A stretch of DNA of 64,000 nucleotides from Squalus acanthias (Eukaryota): the NCBI GenBank assembly GCA_030390025.1, contig JASTWF010000257.1, positions 372,001 to 436,000 on the forward strand. The letters are read 5' to 3'. The notes below the pieces were generated by a model that saw only the letters and a program-made list of their open reading frames with translations, was not told the origin of the DNA and ran no database searches. Shown piece by piece: positions 1-10,704 of the stretch; position 1 is the first letter of the stretch, and each line of letters starts with the position of its first letter. The translations under genes were made by a program, and so were the position numbers.

Positions 1-3000
1 GATGGGGAGGGTTGTAGGGCTGGAGGAGGTCACAGAGATGGGGAGGGTTGTAGGGCTGGAGGAGGTTACAGAGAAAGGGAAGGTTGTAGAGCTAGAGGAG
101 GTTCCAAAGATAGAGAGGGTTGTAGGGCTGGAGGAGCTAACAGAGATAGGGTGGGTTGTAGGGCTGGAGGAGGTTACAGAGAAAGGGAGGGTTGTAGGGC
201 TGGAGGAGATTACAGAGATAGGGAGGATTGTAGGGCTGGAGGAGGTTACAGAGATAGGGAGGGTTGTAGGGTTGGAGGAGGTTACAGAGATGGGGAGGGT
301 TGTAGGGCTGGAGGAGGTTACAGAGATAGGGAGGGTTGATGGATAGAGGAGGTAGCAGAGATAGGGAGGGTTGTAGGGCAGGAGGAGGTTACAGAGATGG
401 GGAGAGTTGTAGGGCTGGAGGAGGTTACAGAGATGGGGAGGGTTGTAGGGCTGGAGGAGGTTACAGAGATGGGGAGGGTTGTAGGACTGGAGGAGGTTAC
501 AGAGATGGGGAGGGTTGTAGGGCTGGAGGAGGTTACAGAGATGGGGAGGGTTGTAGGGCTGGAGGAGGTCACAGAGATGGGGAGGGTTGTAGGGCTGGAG
601 GAGGTTACAGAGAAAGGGAAGGTTGTAGAGCTAGAGGAGGTTCCAAAGATAGAGAGGGTTGTAGGGCTGGAGGAGCTAACAGAGATAGGGTGGGTTGTAG
701 GGCTGGAGGAGGTTACAGAGAAAGGGAGGGTTGTAGGGCTGGAGGAGATTACAGAGATAGGGAGGATTGTAGGGCTGGAGGAGGTTACAGAGATAGGGAG
801 GGTTGTAGGGTTGGAGGAGGTTACAGAGATGGGGAGGGTTGTAGGGCTGGAGGACGTTCCCGAAGAGAGAGAGGGGTGTAGGGCTGGAGGAGGTTACAGA
901 GATAGGATGGGTTGTAGGGCTGGAGGAGGTTACAGAGATAGGGAGGGTTGTAGGGTTGGAGAAGGTTACAGAGAAAGGGAGGGTTGTAGGGCTGGAGGAG
1001 CTTACAGAGAAAGGGAAGGTTGTAAAGCTAGAGTAGGTTCCAAAGATAGAGAGGGGTGTAGGGCTGGAGGAGGTTACATAGGTAGGGACGGTTGTAGGGC
1101 TGGAGGAGGTTCCAGAGAGAGAGGGGTGTAGGGCTGGAGGGTGTTACAGAGATAGGGAGGGTTGTAGGGCTGAAGGTTACAGAGTTAGGGTGGGTTGTAG
1201 GGCTGGAGGAGGTTACAGAGAGTTGTAGGGCTGGAGGAGGTTAGAGAGATAGGGACGGTTGTAGGGCTGAAGGTTACAGAGTTAGGGTGGGTTGTAGGGC
1301 TGGAGGAGGTTACAGAGATAGGGAGAGTTGTAGGGCTGGAGGAGGTTACAGAGATAGGGAGGGTTGTAGGGCTGGAGGAGGTTACAGAGATAGGGAGGGT
1401 TGATGGATAGAGGAGGTAGCAGAGATAGGGAGGGTTGTAGGGCTGGAGGAGGTTACAGAGATAGGGAGAGTTGTAGGGCTGGAGGAGGTTACAGAGATGG
1501 GGAGGGTTGTAGGGCTGGAGGAGGTTACAGAGATGGGGAGGGTTGTAGGACTGGAGGAGGTTACAGAGATGGGGAGGGTTGTAGGGCTGGAGGAGATTAC
1601 AGAGATAGGGAGGATTGTAGGGCTGGAGGAGGTTACAGAGATAGGGAGGGTTGTAGGGTTGGAGGAGGTTCCAGAGAGAGAGAGGGGTGTAGGGCTGGAG
1701 GGCGTTACAGAGATAGGGAGGGTTGTAGGGCTGAAGGTTACAGAGTTAGGGTGGGTTGTAGGGCTGGAGGAGGTTACAGAGATAGGGAGAGTTGTAGGGC
1801 TGGAGGAGGTTACAGAGATAGGGAGGGTTGTAGGGCTGGAGGAGGTTACAGAGATAGGGAGGGTTGATGGATAGAGGAGGTAGCAGAGATATGGAGGGTT
1901 GTAGGGCTGGAGGAGGTTACAGAGATAGGGAGAGTTGTAGGACTGGAAGAGGTTACAGAGATGGGGAGGATTGTAGGGCTGGAGGAGGTTAAAGAGATGG
2001 GGAGGGTTGTAGGACTGGAGGAGGTTACAGAGATAGGGAGGGTTGTAGGGCTGGAGGAGATTACAGAGATAGGGAGGGTTGTAGGGCTGGTGAAGGTTCC
2101 AAAGATAGGGAGGGTTGTAGGGCCGGAGGAGGTTACAGAGATGGGGAGGGTTGTAGGGCCGGAGGAGGTTACAGAGATAGGGAGGGTTGTAGGGCTGGAG
2201 GAGGTTAGAGAGAGAGTGAGGGGTGTAGGGCTGGAGGAGGTTCCAGAGATAGGGAGGGTTCCAGGGCTGGAGGAGGTTACAGAGATAGGGAGGGTTGTAG
2301 GGCTGGAGGAGGTTACAGAGATAGGGAGGGTTGTAGGGCTGGAGGAGGTTACAGAGATAGGGAGGGTTGTAGGGCTGGGGGAGGTTACAGAGATGGGGAG
2401 GTTTGTAGGGCTGGAGGAGGTTACAGAGATGGGGAGGGTTGTAGGACTGGAGGAGGTTACAGAGATGGGGAGGGTTGTAGGACTGGAGGAGGTTACAGAG
2501 ATGGGGAGGGTTGTAGGGCTGGAGGAGGTTACAGAGATGGGGAGGGTTGTAGGGCTGGAGGAGGTTACAGAGATGGGGAGGGTTGTAGGGCTGGAGGAGG
2601 TTACAGAGAAAGGGAAGGTTGTAGAGCTAGAGGAGGTTCCAAAGATAGAGAGGGTTGTAGGGCTGGAGGAGCTAACAGAGATAGGGTGGGTTGTAGGGCT
2701 GGAGGAGGTTACAGAGAAAGGGAGGGTTGTAGGGCTGGAGGAGATTACAGAGATAGGGAGGATTGTAGGGCTGGAGGAGGTTACAGAGATCGGGAGGGTT
2801 CCAGGGCTGGAGGAGGTTACAGAGATAGGGAGGGTTGTAGGGCTGGAGGAGGTTACAGAGATAGGGAGGGTTGTAGGGTTGGAGGAGGTTCCAGAGAGAG
2901 AGAGGGGTGTAGGGCTGGAGGGCGTTACAGAGATAGGGAGGGTTGTAGGGCTGAAGGTTACAGAGTTAGGGTGGGTTGTAGGGCTGGAGGAGGTTACAGA

Positions 3001-5165
3001 GATAGGGAGAGTTGTAGGGCTGGAGGAGGTTACAGAGATAGGGAGGGTTGTAGGGCTGGAGGAGGTTACAGAGATAGGGAGGGTTGATGGATAGAGGAGG
3101 TAGCAGAGATATGGAGGGTTGTAGGGCTGGAGGAGGTTACAGAGATAGGGAGAGTTGTAGGGCTGGAAGAGGTTACAGAGATGGGGAGGATTGTAGGGCT
3201 GGAGGAGGTTACAGAGATGGGGAGGGTTGTAGGACTGGAGGAGGTTACAGAGATAGGGAGGGTTGTAGGGCTGGAGGAGATTACAGAGATAGAGAGGGTT
3301 GTAGGGCTGGTGAAGGTTCCAAAGATAGGGAGGGTTGTAGGGCCGGAGGAGGTTACAGAGATGGGGAGGGTTGTAGGGCCGGAGGAGGTTACAGAGATAG
3401 GGAGGGTTGTAGGGCTGGAGGAGGTTAGAGAGAGAGTGAGGGGTGTAGGGCTGGAGGAGGTTCCAGAGATAGGGAGGGTTCCAGGGCTGGAGGAGGTTAC
3501 AGAGATAGGGAGGGTTGTAGGGCTGGAGGAGGTTACAGAGATAGGGAGGGTTGTAGGGCTGGAGGAGGTTACAGAGATAGGGAGGGTTGTAGGGCTGGGG
3601 GAGGTTACAGAGATGGGGAGGGTTGTAGGGCTGGAGGAGGTTACAGAGATGGGGAGGGTTGTAGGTCTGGAGGAGGTTACAGAGATGGGGAGGGTTGTAG
3701 GACTGGAGGAGGTTACAGAGATGGGGAGGGTTGTAGGGCTGGAGGAGGTTACAGAGATGGGGAGGGTTGTAGGGCTGGAGGAGGTTACAGAGATGGGGAG
3801 GGTTGTAGGGCTGGAGGAGGTTACAGAGAAAGGGAAGGTTGTAGAGCTAGAGGAGGTTCCAAAGATAGAGAGGGTTGTAGGGCTGGAGGAGCTAACAGAG
3901 ATCAGGTGGGTTGTAGGGCTGGAGGAGGTTACAGAGAAAGGGAGGGTTGTAGGGCTGGAGGAGATTACAGAGATAGGGAGGATTGTAGGGCTGGAGGAGG
4001 TTACAGAGATCGGGAGGGTTCCAGGGCTGGAGGAGGTTACAGAGATAGGGAGGGTTGTAGGGCTGGAGGAGGTTACAGAGATAGGGAGGGTTGTAGGGTT
4101 GGAGGAGGTTCCAGAGAGAGAGAGGGGTGTAGGGCTGGAGGAGGTTACAGAGATAGGGAGGGTTGTAGGGCTGGAGGAGGTTACAGAGATAGGGAGGGTT
4201 GATGGATAGAGGAGGTAGCAGAGATATGGAGGGTTGTAGGGCTGGAGGAGGTTACAGAGATAGGGAGAGTTGTAGGGCTGGAAGAGGTTACAGAGATGGG
4301 GAGGATTGTAGGGCTGGAGGAGGTTACAGAGATAGGGAGGGTTGTAGGGCCGGAGGAGGTTACAGAGATGGGGAGGGTTGTAGGGCCGGAGGAGGTTACA
4401 GAGATAGGGAGGGTTGTAGGGCTGGAGGAGGTTAGAGAGAGAGTGAGGGGTGTAGGGCTGGAGGAGGTTCCAGAGATAGGGAGGGTTCCAGGGCTGGAGG
4501 AGGTTACAGAGATAGGGAGGGTTGTAGGGCTGGAGGAGGTTACAGAGAAAGGGAAGGTTGTAGAGCTAGAGGAGGTTCCAAAGATAGAGAGGGTTGTAGG
4601 GCTGGAGGAGCTAACAGAGATAGGGTGGGTTGTAGGGCTGGAGGAGGTTACAGAGAAAGGGAGGGTTGTAGGGCTGGAGGAGGTTACAGAGATAGGGAGG
4701 GTTCCAGGGCTGGAGGAGGTTACAGAGATAGGGAGGGTTGTAGGGCTGGAGGAGGTTACAGAGATAGGGAGGGTTGTAGGGCTGGAGGAGGTTACAGAGA
4801 TAGGGAGGGTTGTAGGGCTGGGGGAGGTTACAGAGATAGGGAGGGTTGTAGGGCTGGAGAAGGTTACAGAGATAGGGAGGGTTGTAGGGCTGGAGGAGGT
4901 TACAGAGATAGGGAGGGTTGTGGGGTTGGAGAAGGTTACAGAGTTGGGGTGGGTTGTAGGGCCGGAGGAGGTTACAGAGATAGGGAGGGTTGTAGGGCTG
5001 GAGGAGGTTACAGAGACAGGGAGGGTTGTAGGGCCGGAGGAGGTTACAGAGATAGGGAGGGTTGTAGGGCTGGAGGAGGTTACAGAGATAGGGAGGGTTG
5101 TAGGGCCGGAGGAGGTTACAGAGATAGCGAGTGTTGTAGGGCTGGAGGAGGTTACAGAGATAGGG
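1..5165. repeat. 36-bp G-rich minisatellite (gggagggttgtagggctggaggaggttacagagata)n, ~140 units, running off the left edge; derived from L2 LINE ORF2 sequence
   Basis: 36-nt periodicity is directly visible. The minus strand translates as (PPYLCNLLQPYN)n. The array ends in tagggagaggtgaggccacggagggatt, which continues L2-like sequence (minus strand: SLRGLTSPYLCNLLQPY). Confidence 0.95.
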
Positions 5166-5555
5166 AGAGGTGAGGCCACGGAGGGATTGACCAATCCCCA
5201 GCATGCTCTCTGCTCCAGGACGGGGGAGCAATGCAACAATCTGTGCAGCCATCGTCTCCTTGTCCACTCTGCGACCATCCAGTCAAAACAGGGGGCTCGT
5301 GTGCTGCGGTGTCCCAATGAAAGAGCGTGCGGCAAAGCAGCGCGGAGCTGTGAGCCCACCCACCCCAGGCAGTGACTGTCCAGTTTCCACCAGGCCGTGT
5401 AGACAACGGGCTGATTGAAGACTCAGTCCCTTACCAGAGAGAAACGGAGACACAGTCATGATTTTCTACCCGTCTCTCCGACTCCGCTCATTTCTGAGCT
5501 TGTTGGGCTGAATGGCCTCTTTATATAATCTCAGTGACAAAGGAGACAGACTAGT

Positions 5556-5998
5556 AAAAGGAAAAAAGAGCTGCACTTATATAGCGCCTATCCCGACCTC
5601 AGGGCATCCCAAACAGCCAATGATGTACTTTTGAAGTGTAGTCACTGTTGTAACTTGGGAAACGCGGCAGGCAATTTGCGCACAGCAAGCTCCCACAAAC
5701 AGCAATGTGATAATGACCAGTTCATCTCTTTGTTCAGTGATGTTGATTGAGGGATAAACATTGGCCAGGACACCGGGGATAACTCCCCTGCTCTTCTTCG
5801 AAATAGTGCCATGGGATCTTTTACATCCACCCGAGAGGGCAGACGGGGCCTCGGTTTAACGTCTCATCCGAAAGACGGCACCTCCGACAGGGCAGCACTG
5901 GAGTGTCAGCATAGATTTTTGTGCTCAAGTCTCTGGAGTGGGACTTGAACCCATGACCTTCTGACCCAGAGGCAAGAGTGCTGCCCACTCAGCCGCAG
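5556..5998 (-). mobile_element. DeuSINE-type tRNA-derived SINE (SacSINE1/AmnSINE-like), near full length
   Basis: Minus strand shows a tRNA-like head with A box (ggctgagtggg) and B box (gggttcaagtcc), the Deu-domain core (tgtcggaggtgccgtctttcggatgagacgttaaaccgaggcccc...aaagatcccatggcactattt) and an L2-like tail (ggcgctatataagtgcag). Family name is from recognition, not from a search. Confidence 0.85.
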
Positions 5999-6061
5999 CA
6001 GAACAGATGCCACTTGTCTGATTGGCAAAGCAGTTTAAAGTGCGGGCATTGAGGCAATTAC

Positions 6062-6163
6062 CTTTCGCGGTGAATAACCAGTAGAACAGTTTCAATATTC
6101 CGTACAGGACAAAAGCACAAATAAACATCCCAATCGCATCTTCGATGGAAGGACCAGCAGCTC
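6062..6163 (-). CDS. TAPBP: Tapasin transmembrane exon (GAAGPSIEDAIGMFICAFVLYGILKLFYWLFTAK)
   Basis: Acceptor ctccttgcag, donor aaag|gtaatt, 102 nt, phase 1. Aligns with human tapasin GLSGPSLEDSVGLFLSAFLLLGLFKALGW, including the intramembrane Lys (codon at 6090-6092). Confidence 0.93.
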
Positions 6164-6482
6164 CTGCAAGGAGAACGAGAAACCCTGTTAATTACCTTTA
6201 GGTACCGTCGTTTCCTCTTAAACGTCAGATCCTAATCTTGTACCTTTTCAGCATGAATCCTCCTGGGTCCAGAACACTACTTAGAGAGTCTCGCCATCAG
6301 GATCAGGATCCCCTTCAAAGGTCAGTCACTGAGGACTTTTGTCCGGAAGCGCAACTCCTGATCTCCGCAGCGCGAGGGGATTGGCCTCAAAATCAGCAAG
6401 ATGCCCATTTGTTGCAAAGTTGTATGCCCGGCCTGCGATTGTCTGCCTTTTAAAGCTAACGGATAGAGGAACTTAGGCTTGC

Positions 6483-7788
6483 AATCAAGTAGAGTCAACA
6501 TGGTTTTATGAAAGGGAAATCATGTTTGACAAATTTGCTGGAGTTCTTTGAGGATGTAACGAGCAGGGTGGATAAAGGGGAACCAGTAGATGTCGTGTAT
6601 TTGGATTTCCAGAAGGCATTCGATAAGGTGCCACATAAAAGGTTACTACATAAGATAAGAGCTCACAGTGTTGGGGGTAATATATTAGCATGGATAGAGG
6701 ACTGGCTAACTAACAGAAAACAGAGAGTCTGGATAAATGGGTCATTTTCAGGTTGGCAAACTGTAACTAGTGGGGTGCCACAGGGATCAGTGCTGGGGCC
6801 TCGACTATTTACAATCGATATCAATGACTTGGATGAAGGGACCGAGCGTACTGCAGCCAAATTTGCTGACGATACAAAGATAGGTGGGAAAGCAAGTTGT
6901 GAGGAGGACACAAAGAGTCTGCAAAGGGATATAGACAGGGTTCAGTGAGTGGGCAAAAATTTGGCAGATGGAGTATAATATGGGAAAATGTGAGGTTATC
7001 CATTTTGGGAGGAAGAATAAAAAAGCAAAATATTATTTAAATGGAGACTACAAAATGCTGCAGTACAGAGGGATGTGGGTGTCCTCGTACATGAAACACA
7101 AAAAGTTAGCACGCAGGTACAGCAAGTAATTAGGAAGGCAAATGGAATGTTGGCATTTATTGCAAGGGCGAATGAGTATAAAAGTAGGGAAGTCCTGCTA
7201 TAACTGTACAGGGCATTGGTGAGACCACACCTGGTGTACTGCGTGCAGTTTTGGTCTCCTTATTTAAGGAAGGATATACTTGCCTTGGAGGCAGTTCAGA
7301 GAAGGTTCACTAGGTTGATTCCTGAGTTGAAGGAGTTGTCTTATGAGGTTGAGCAGGTTGGGCCTATACTCATTGGAGTTTAGAAGAATGAGAGGTGATC
7401 TTATTGAAACATATAAGATTCTGAGGGGGCTCGACAGGATAGATGCAGAGAGGATGTTTCCCCTCGTGGGGGAATCTAGAACTAGGGGGCATAGTTTCAG
7501 AATAAGGGGTCGCCCATTTAAAACGGAGATGAGGAGGAATTTCTTCTCTCAGAGGGTAGTGCATCTTTGGAATTCTCTACCCTAGAGAGCTGTGGAGGCT
7601 AAGTCATTGAATACATTCAAGGTGGAGATAGACAGATTTTTGAAAAACAGGGGAATGAAGGGTTATGGGGAACAGGCAGGAAAGTGGAGCTGAGGCCAAG
7701 ATCAGATCAGCCATGATCTTATTGAATGGCGGAGCAGGCTCGAGGGGCCGAATGACCTACTCCTGCTCCTATTTCTTATGTTCTTACG
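6483..7788 (+). mobile_element. 5'-truncated, degenerate CR1 LINE (RT domain, C-terminus and 3'UTR)
   Basis: Motifs [43 protein letters not shown]. Has frameshifts and stops. Ends in the ctcctgctcctatttcttatgttctta tail. Confidence 0.95.
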
Positions 7789-8371
7789 AGTGGGGAACTT
7801 GCCGATACCGGTGCTCATCAAGAGCACTGAGGTGGTCTTGGCACCCCGATAATTCCAGCTGTTCAGCCATCCCGTGGTTCCAGCTGTGGACATAACAGGG
7901 TAGGTTTTGGGTCTTTCCCCACCTGGGAGCTAATCTGATGGTCATCTGCTCCTTACCTTAACCAGCTGCTTCTCAAAGGAACGCAAATCGAGCAGCTCGT
8001 CCGCTCCACCAGATGACTGGTAAGCCGATAATCTGAGCTGCCAATCAGCTCCCACGGATTGTCCTGCGGACCGGGGCAGGAGCGAGCCGCTGGGAGGAGC
8101 TCAAGGTGCAGCAAGCTGTCCCACACTCGACAAAAAGGTAGCTTAAGGGAGCGTCCACAAGTGAGCGTCAATATTAAACACATGGTCAGTCTGCTTCTAA
8201 CAGGACTATGATTCGAAGAAGGAAGCTCTCAGATAGACCATTACCTGGCCTTGTTCCAGAATACTCCTTTCAAACCAAAGTGTTCAAAAATGACCACAAA
8301 TTACACAAAATGTAATTCTCCTGATGCTGAGATTCTCTCTTGAAAAGTGGTCACTTTCGATTGGGGACTGC

Positions 8372-9222
8372 ACAACAACAACAACAACTTGCATTTATAC
8401 GGCACCATTAACGTAGCAAAATCATCCGAAGGCACCTCGCAAAAGTGGGACTAGACAAAAATTGACATTGAGCCAAAGAAGGAGATATTAGGAGGGTGAA
8501 CACAAGCTTGGTCAACGAGGTAGGTTTTAAAAAGGGTCTAGCGGGACGACAGAGGGAAGCGAGGCAGAGAGGTTTAGGGAGAGAATTGCAGAGCTTAGGG
8601 CCTCGGCACGGCCGCCCATGTGGGGTGAAGTGAGTGGAAAATGTACAAGGGGCCAGAATGGAGGAACACAGAGTTCTCGGAGGGTGGTAGGGCTGGAGGA
8701 GGTTATAGAGATAGTGAGGGTTGTAGGGCTGGAGGAGGTTACAGAGATAGGGAGGGTTGTAGGAGGTTACAGAGATAGGGAGGGGTGTAGGGCTGGAGGA
8801 GGTTACAGAGATAGGGAGGGCTGTAGGGCTGGAGGAGCTTACAGAGATAGGCAGGGATGTAGGGCTGGAGGAGTTTACAGAGATCTCGGAGGGTTGTAGG
8901 GCTGGAGGAGTTTACAGAGATCTCGGAGGGATGTAGGGCTGGAGGAGTTTACAGAGATAGGGAGGGTTGTAGGGCTGGAGGAGGTTACAGAGATAGGGAG
9001 CGTTGTAGGGCTGGAGGAGGTTACAGAGATAGGGAGGGTTGTAGGGCTGGAGGAGGTTACAGAGATAGGGAGGGTTGTAGGGCTGGAGGAGGTTACAGAG
9101 ATAGGGAGGGTTGTAGGGCTGGAGGAGGTTACAGAGATAGGGAGGGTTGTAGGGCTGGAGGAGGTTACAGAGATAGGGAGGGTTGTAAGGCTGGAGGAGG
9201 TTACAGAGATAGGGAGGAGGCA
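8372..9222 (-). mobile_element. 3' fragment of an L2-clade LINE with a (ttg)n tail, carrying an internal 36-bp expansion
   Basis: Minus strand ends in tataaatgcaagttgttgttgttg. ORF2 C-terminal-like peptide GLPPPYLCNLLQPYNPP...RSL resembles the L2 'GLAPxYLxxLLxPYxPxRxLRS' motif. Confidence 0.8.
8680..9215. repeat. Second array of the same 36-bp unit, ~15 copies
   Basis: Same unit as 1-5165, embedded in the L2 fragment. Confidence 0.95.
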
Positions 9223-9321
9223 GTCCAGTTGGAAAACTCATATGCAGCCAGAACGCACACAGCCACAGCTGATAGCATTGTAAACAGTGAGATCCCTTTA
9301 TGACAAAGAGATCCTGATCAA

Positions 9322-9382
9322 ATCATAGAATCATCGAAGTTTACTGCACAGGAGGCCAGTCAGCCCATTGTGTCTGTGCTGG
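9322..9382 (-). mobile_element. Short CR1 3'-tail remnant
   Basis: atcatagaatcat...gcacaggaggcca.tcagcccat is the reverse complement of the CR1 3' end seen elsewhere in the window. Confidence 0.55.
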
Positions 9383-9708
9383 ATATTGTGACTCACTTTA
9401 AAAGGAGTGCTAGGGGCAAGGCTCCCTCTTTAAAGTGCTGCAGGTGAAGAATGTTGGTCACTTGAGTGGGTCAACAAGCTGGGGAGATGGCAGGAGGATC
9501 ACCTTACGAGCTTGCGCTCCCGGTGCAGAGACTCTCAGGCCAGGCGCACACTGCAATATCGAAGCGTGAAGGCCAGCACTGATCTGCGCACAAACTCCTA
9601 AGGTCGGTCCTCGTGCCTTGACCTCGGACACTGGGGCTTGAGTCGAGCCGAGGTCTGCCGCTCATTCAAGCACCGACTGCGCTACCTCCTGGTTTACATT
9701 GTCTTTAC

Positions 9709-10032
9709 CTGCCACCACCAGAGTGATGTTCTTCCTGACCGCTGACTTCACAGACACGTGGTCCGCATAACAGGTGTAGACAGTGTCGTGATCGCCCACG
9801 CTGGGTTTGATGGTGATGTAACTTGTGGTGTTGTACGTGCCGTCAGGGTTTCTGCGGTGGCCACTCAGCCAGCTCTCGGTGATGAGGTCGGCGCTGCTGT
9901 TACCGGACTTCTTTCTCATCCACGTCACGCTCACATCCAAGGGGTAGTAGGAGCTGATCTCACACAACACCATCTGTTCCTGGCCGGGTATCAGGTACAA
10001 GGGATCCGGGCTCAGCGTCATTCTTGGGGGCT
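9709..10032 (-). CDS. TAPBP: Tapasin IgC1-domain exon (EPPRMTLSP...VLCEISSYYP...YTCYADH...NITLVVA)
   Basis: Acceptor ttgacag, donor gcag|gtaaag, 324 nt, phase 1. C1-set motifs C-x-x-x-x-YYP, W, N-x-DGTY and YxCxxxH. WLSGHRRNPDGT resembles human WLSALRHHSDGS. Confidence 0.95.
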
Positions 10033-10107
10033 CTGTCAACGTAAATTCAAAAAACTGATAACTGGCACCTTCTGTGCATGGAAAGTGCACATGGATGTCT
10101 ATCACCC

Positions 10108-10213
10108 AGCAGCTGTCAGCCGTGGCTCAGCGGGTAGTACTCTCGTCTCTCAGTCTGAAGGTTGAGGGTTCAAGACCCGCTCCAGAGACTTGAGCGCAGT
10201 GTAACTAGACACT
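10108..10213 (+). mobile_element. 5' fragment (tRNA-derived head) of a DeuSINE-type SINE
   Basis: gtggctcagcgggtagtactctcg...gggttcaagacccgctccagagacttgagc has A and B boxes and matches the head of the SINE at 5556-5998. Confidence 0.75.
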
Positions 10214-10371
10214 GCAGCGCGTTGCTGAGCACGCGAATGATCTGCACCCAGGGTTTTGATCACATGCACATTGTGGAGCAGGGCACACCTCCGAGTCTGG
10301 GAGCTGGCTGGCCCGTTCTCCATACCTCATCCAAAAGTTAGGGTTAGACTGGCAATCATCGGGGCTAATTT

Positions 10372-10690
10372 TCATAGAATCATAGAATAGTAAAGCACAG
10401 AAGGAGGCCATTGGGCCCATCGAGTCTGCGCCGGCTCTTTCGAAGAGCCATCCAGTTAGTCCCACTCCCCCGCTCTTTCCCCATATCACTGCAATTGTTT
10501 CTCCTTCAAGGATTTAACCAATTCCCTTTTGCAGGCTGCTATTGAATCTGTATCCACCGCTCTATGTGCATTCCAAATCCCAACCACTCGCTGCGTAAAA
10601 AAGATGTTCCTCATGTCGTCTCTGGTTCTTTTGTCAATCTCCTTAAATCTGTTCCCTCTGGTTAGCGACCCTTCAGCCAATGGAAATGGC
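10372..10690 (-). mobile_element. CR1 LINE 3' fragment
   Basis: Minus-strand peptide TRGNRFK...FFTQRVVGIWN, a 3'UTR and an (attctatg)n tail. Confidence 0.88.
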
Positions 10691-10704
10691 TTTAGTTCTG
10701 AGGC

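Noticed and set aside
2-5375. Repetitive ORFs (GRVVGLEEVTEI, mucin-like SSSPTTLPISVT)
   Set aside because: These are translations of the 36-bp minisatellite, open in several frames on both strands, with no splice or domain support.
7953-8183. Possible extra minus-strand exon (aag|gtaagg donor-like site near 7955)
   Set aside because: No recognisable protein similarity, and the IgC1 and TM exons already join seamlessly as in other tapasins.
10108-10190. tRNA gene
   Set aside because: The A/B boxes belong to a SINE head, and there is no complete cloverleaf.
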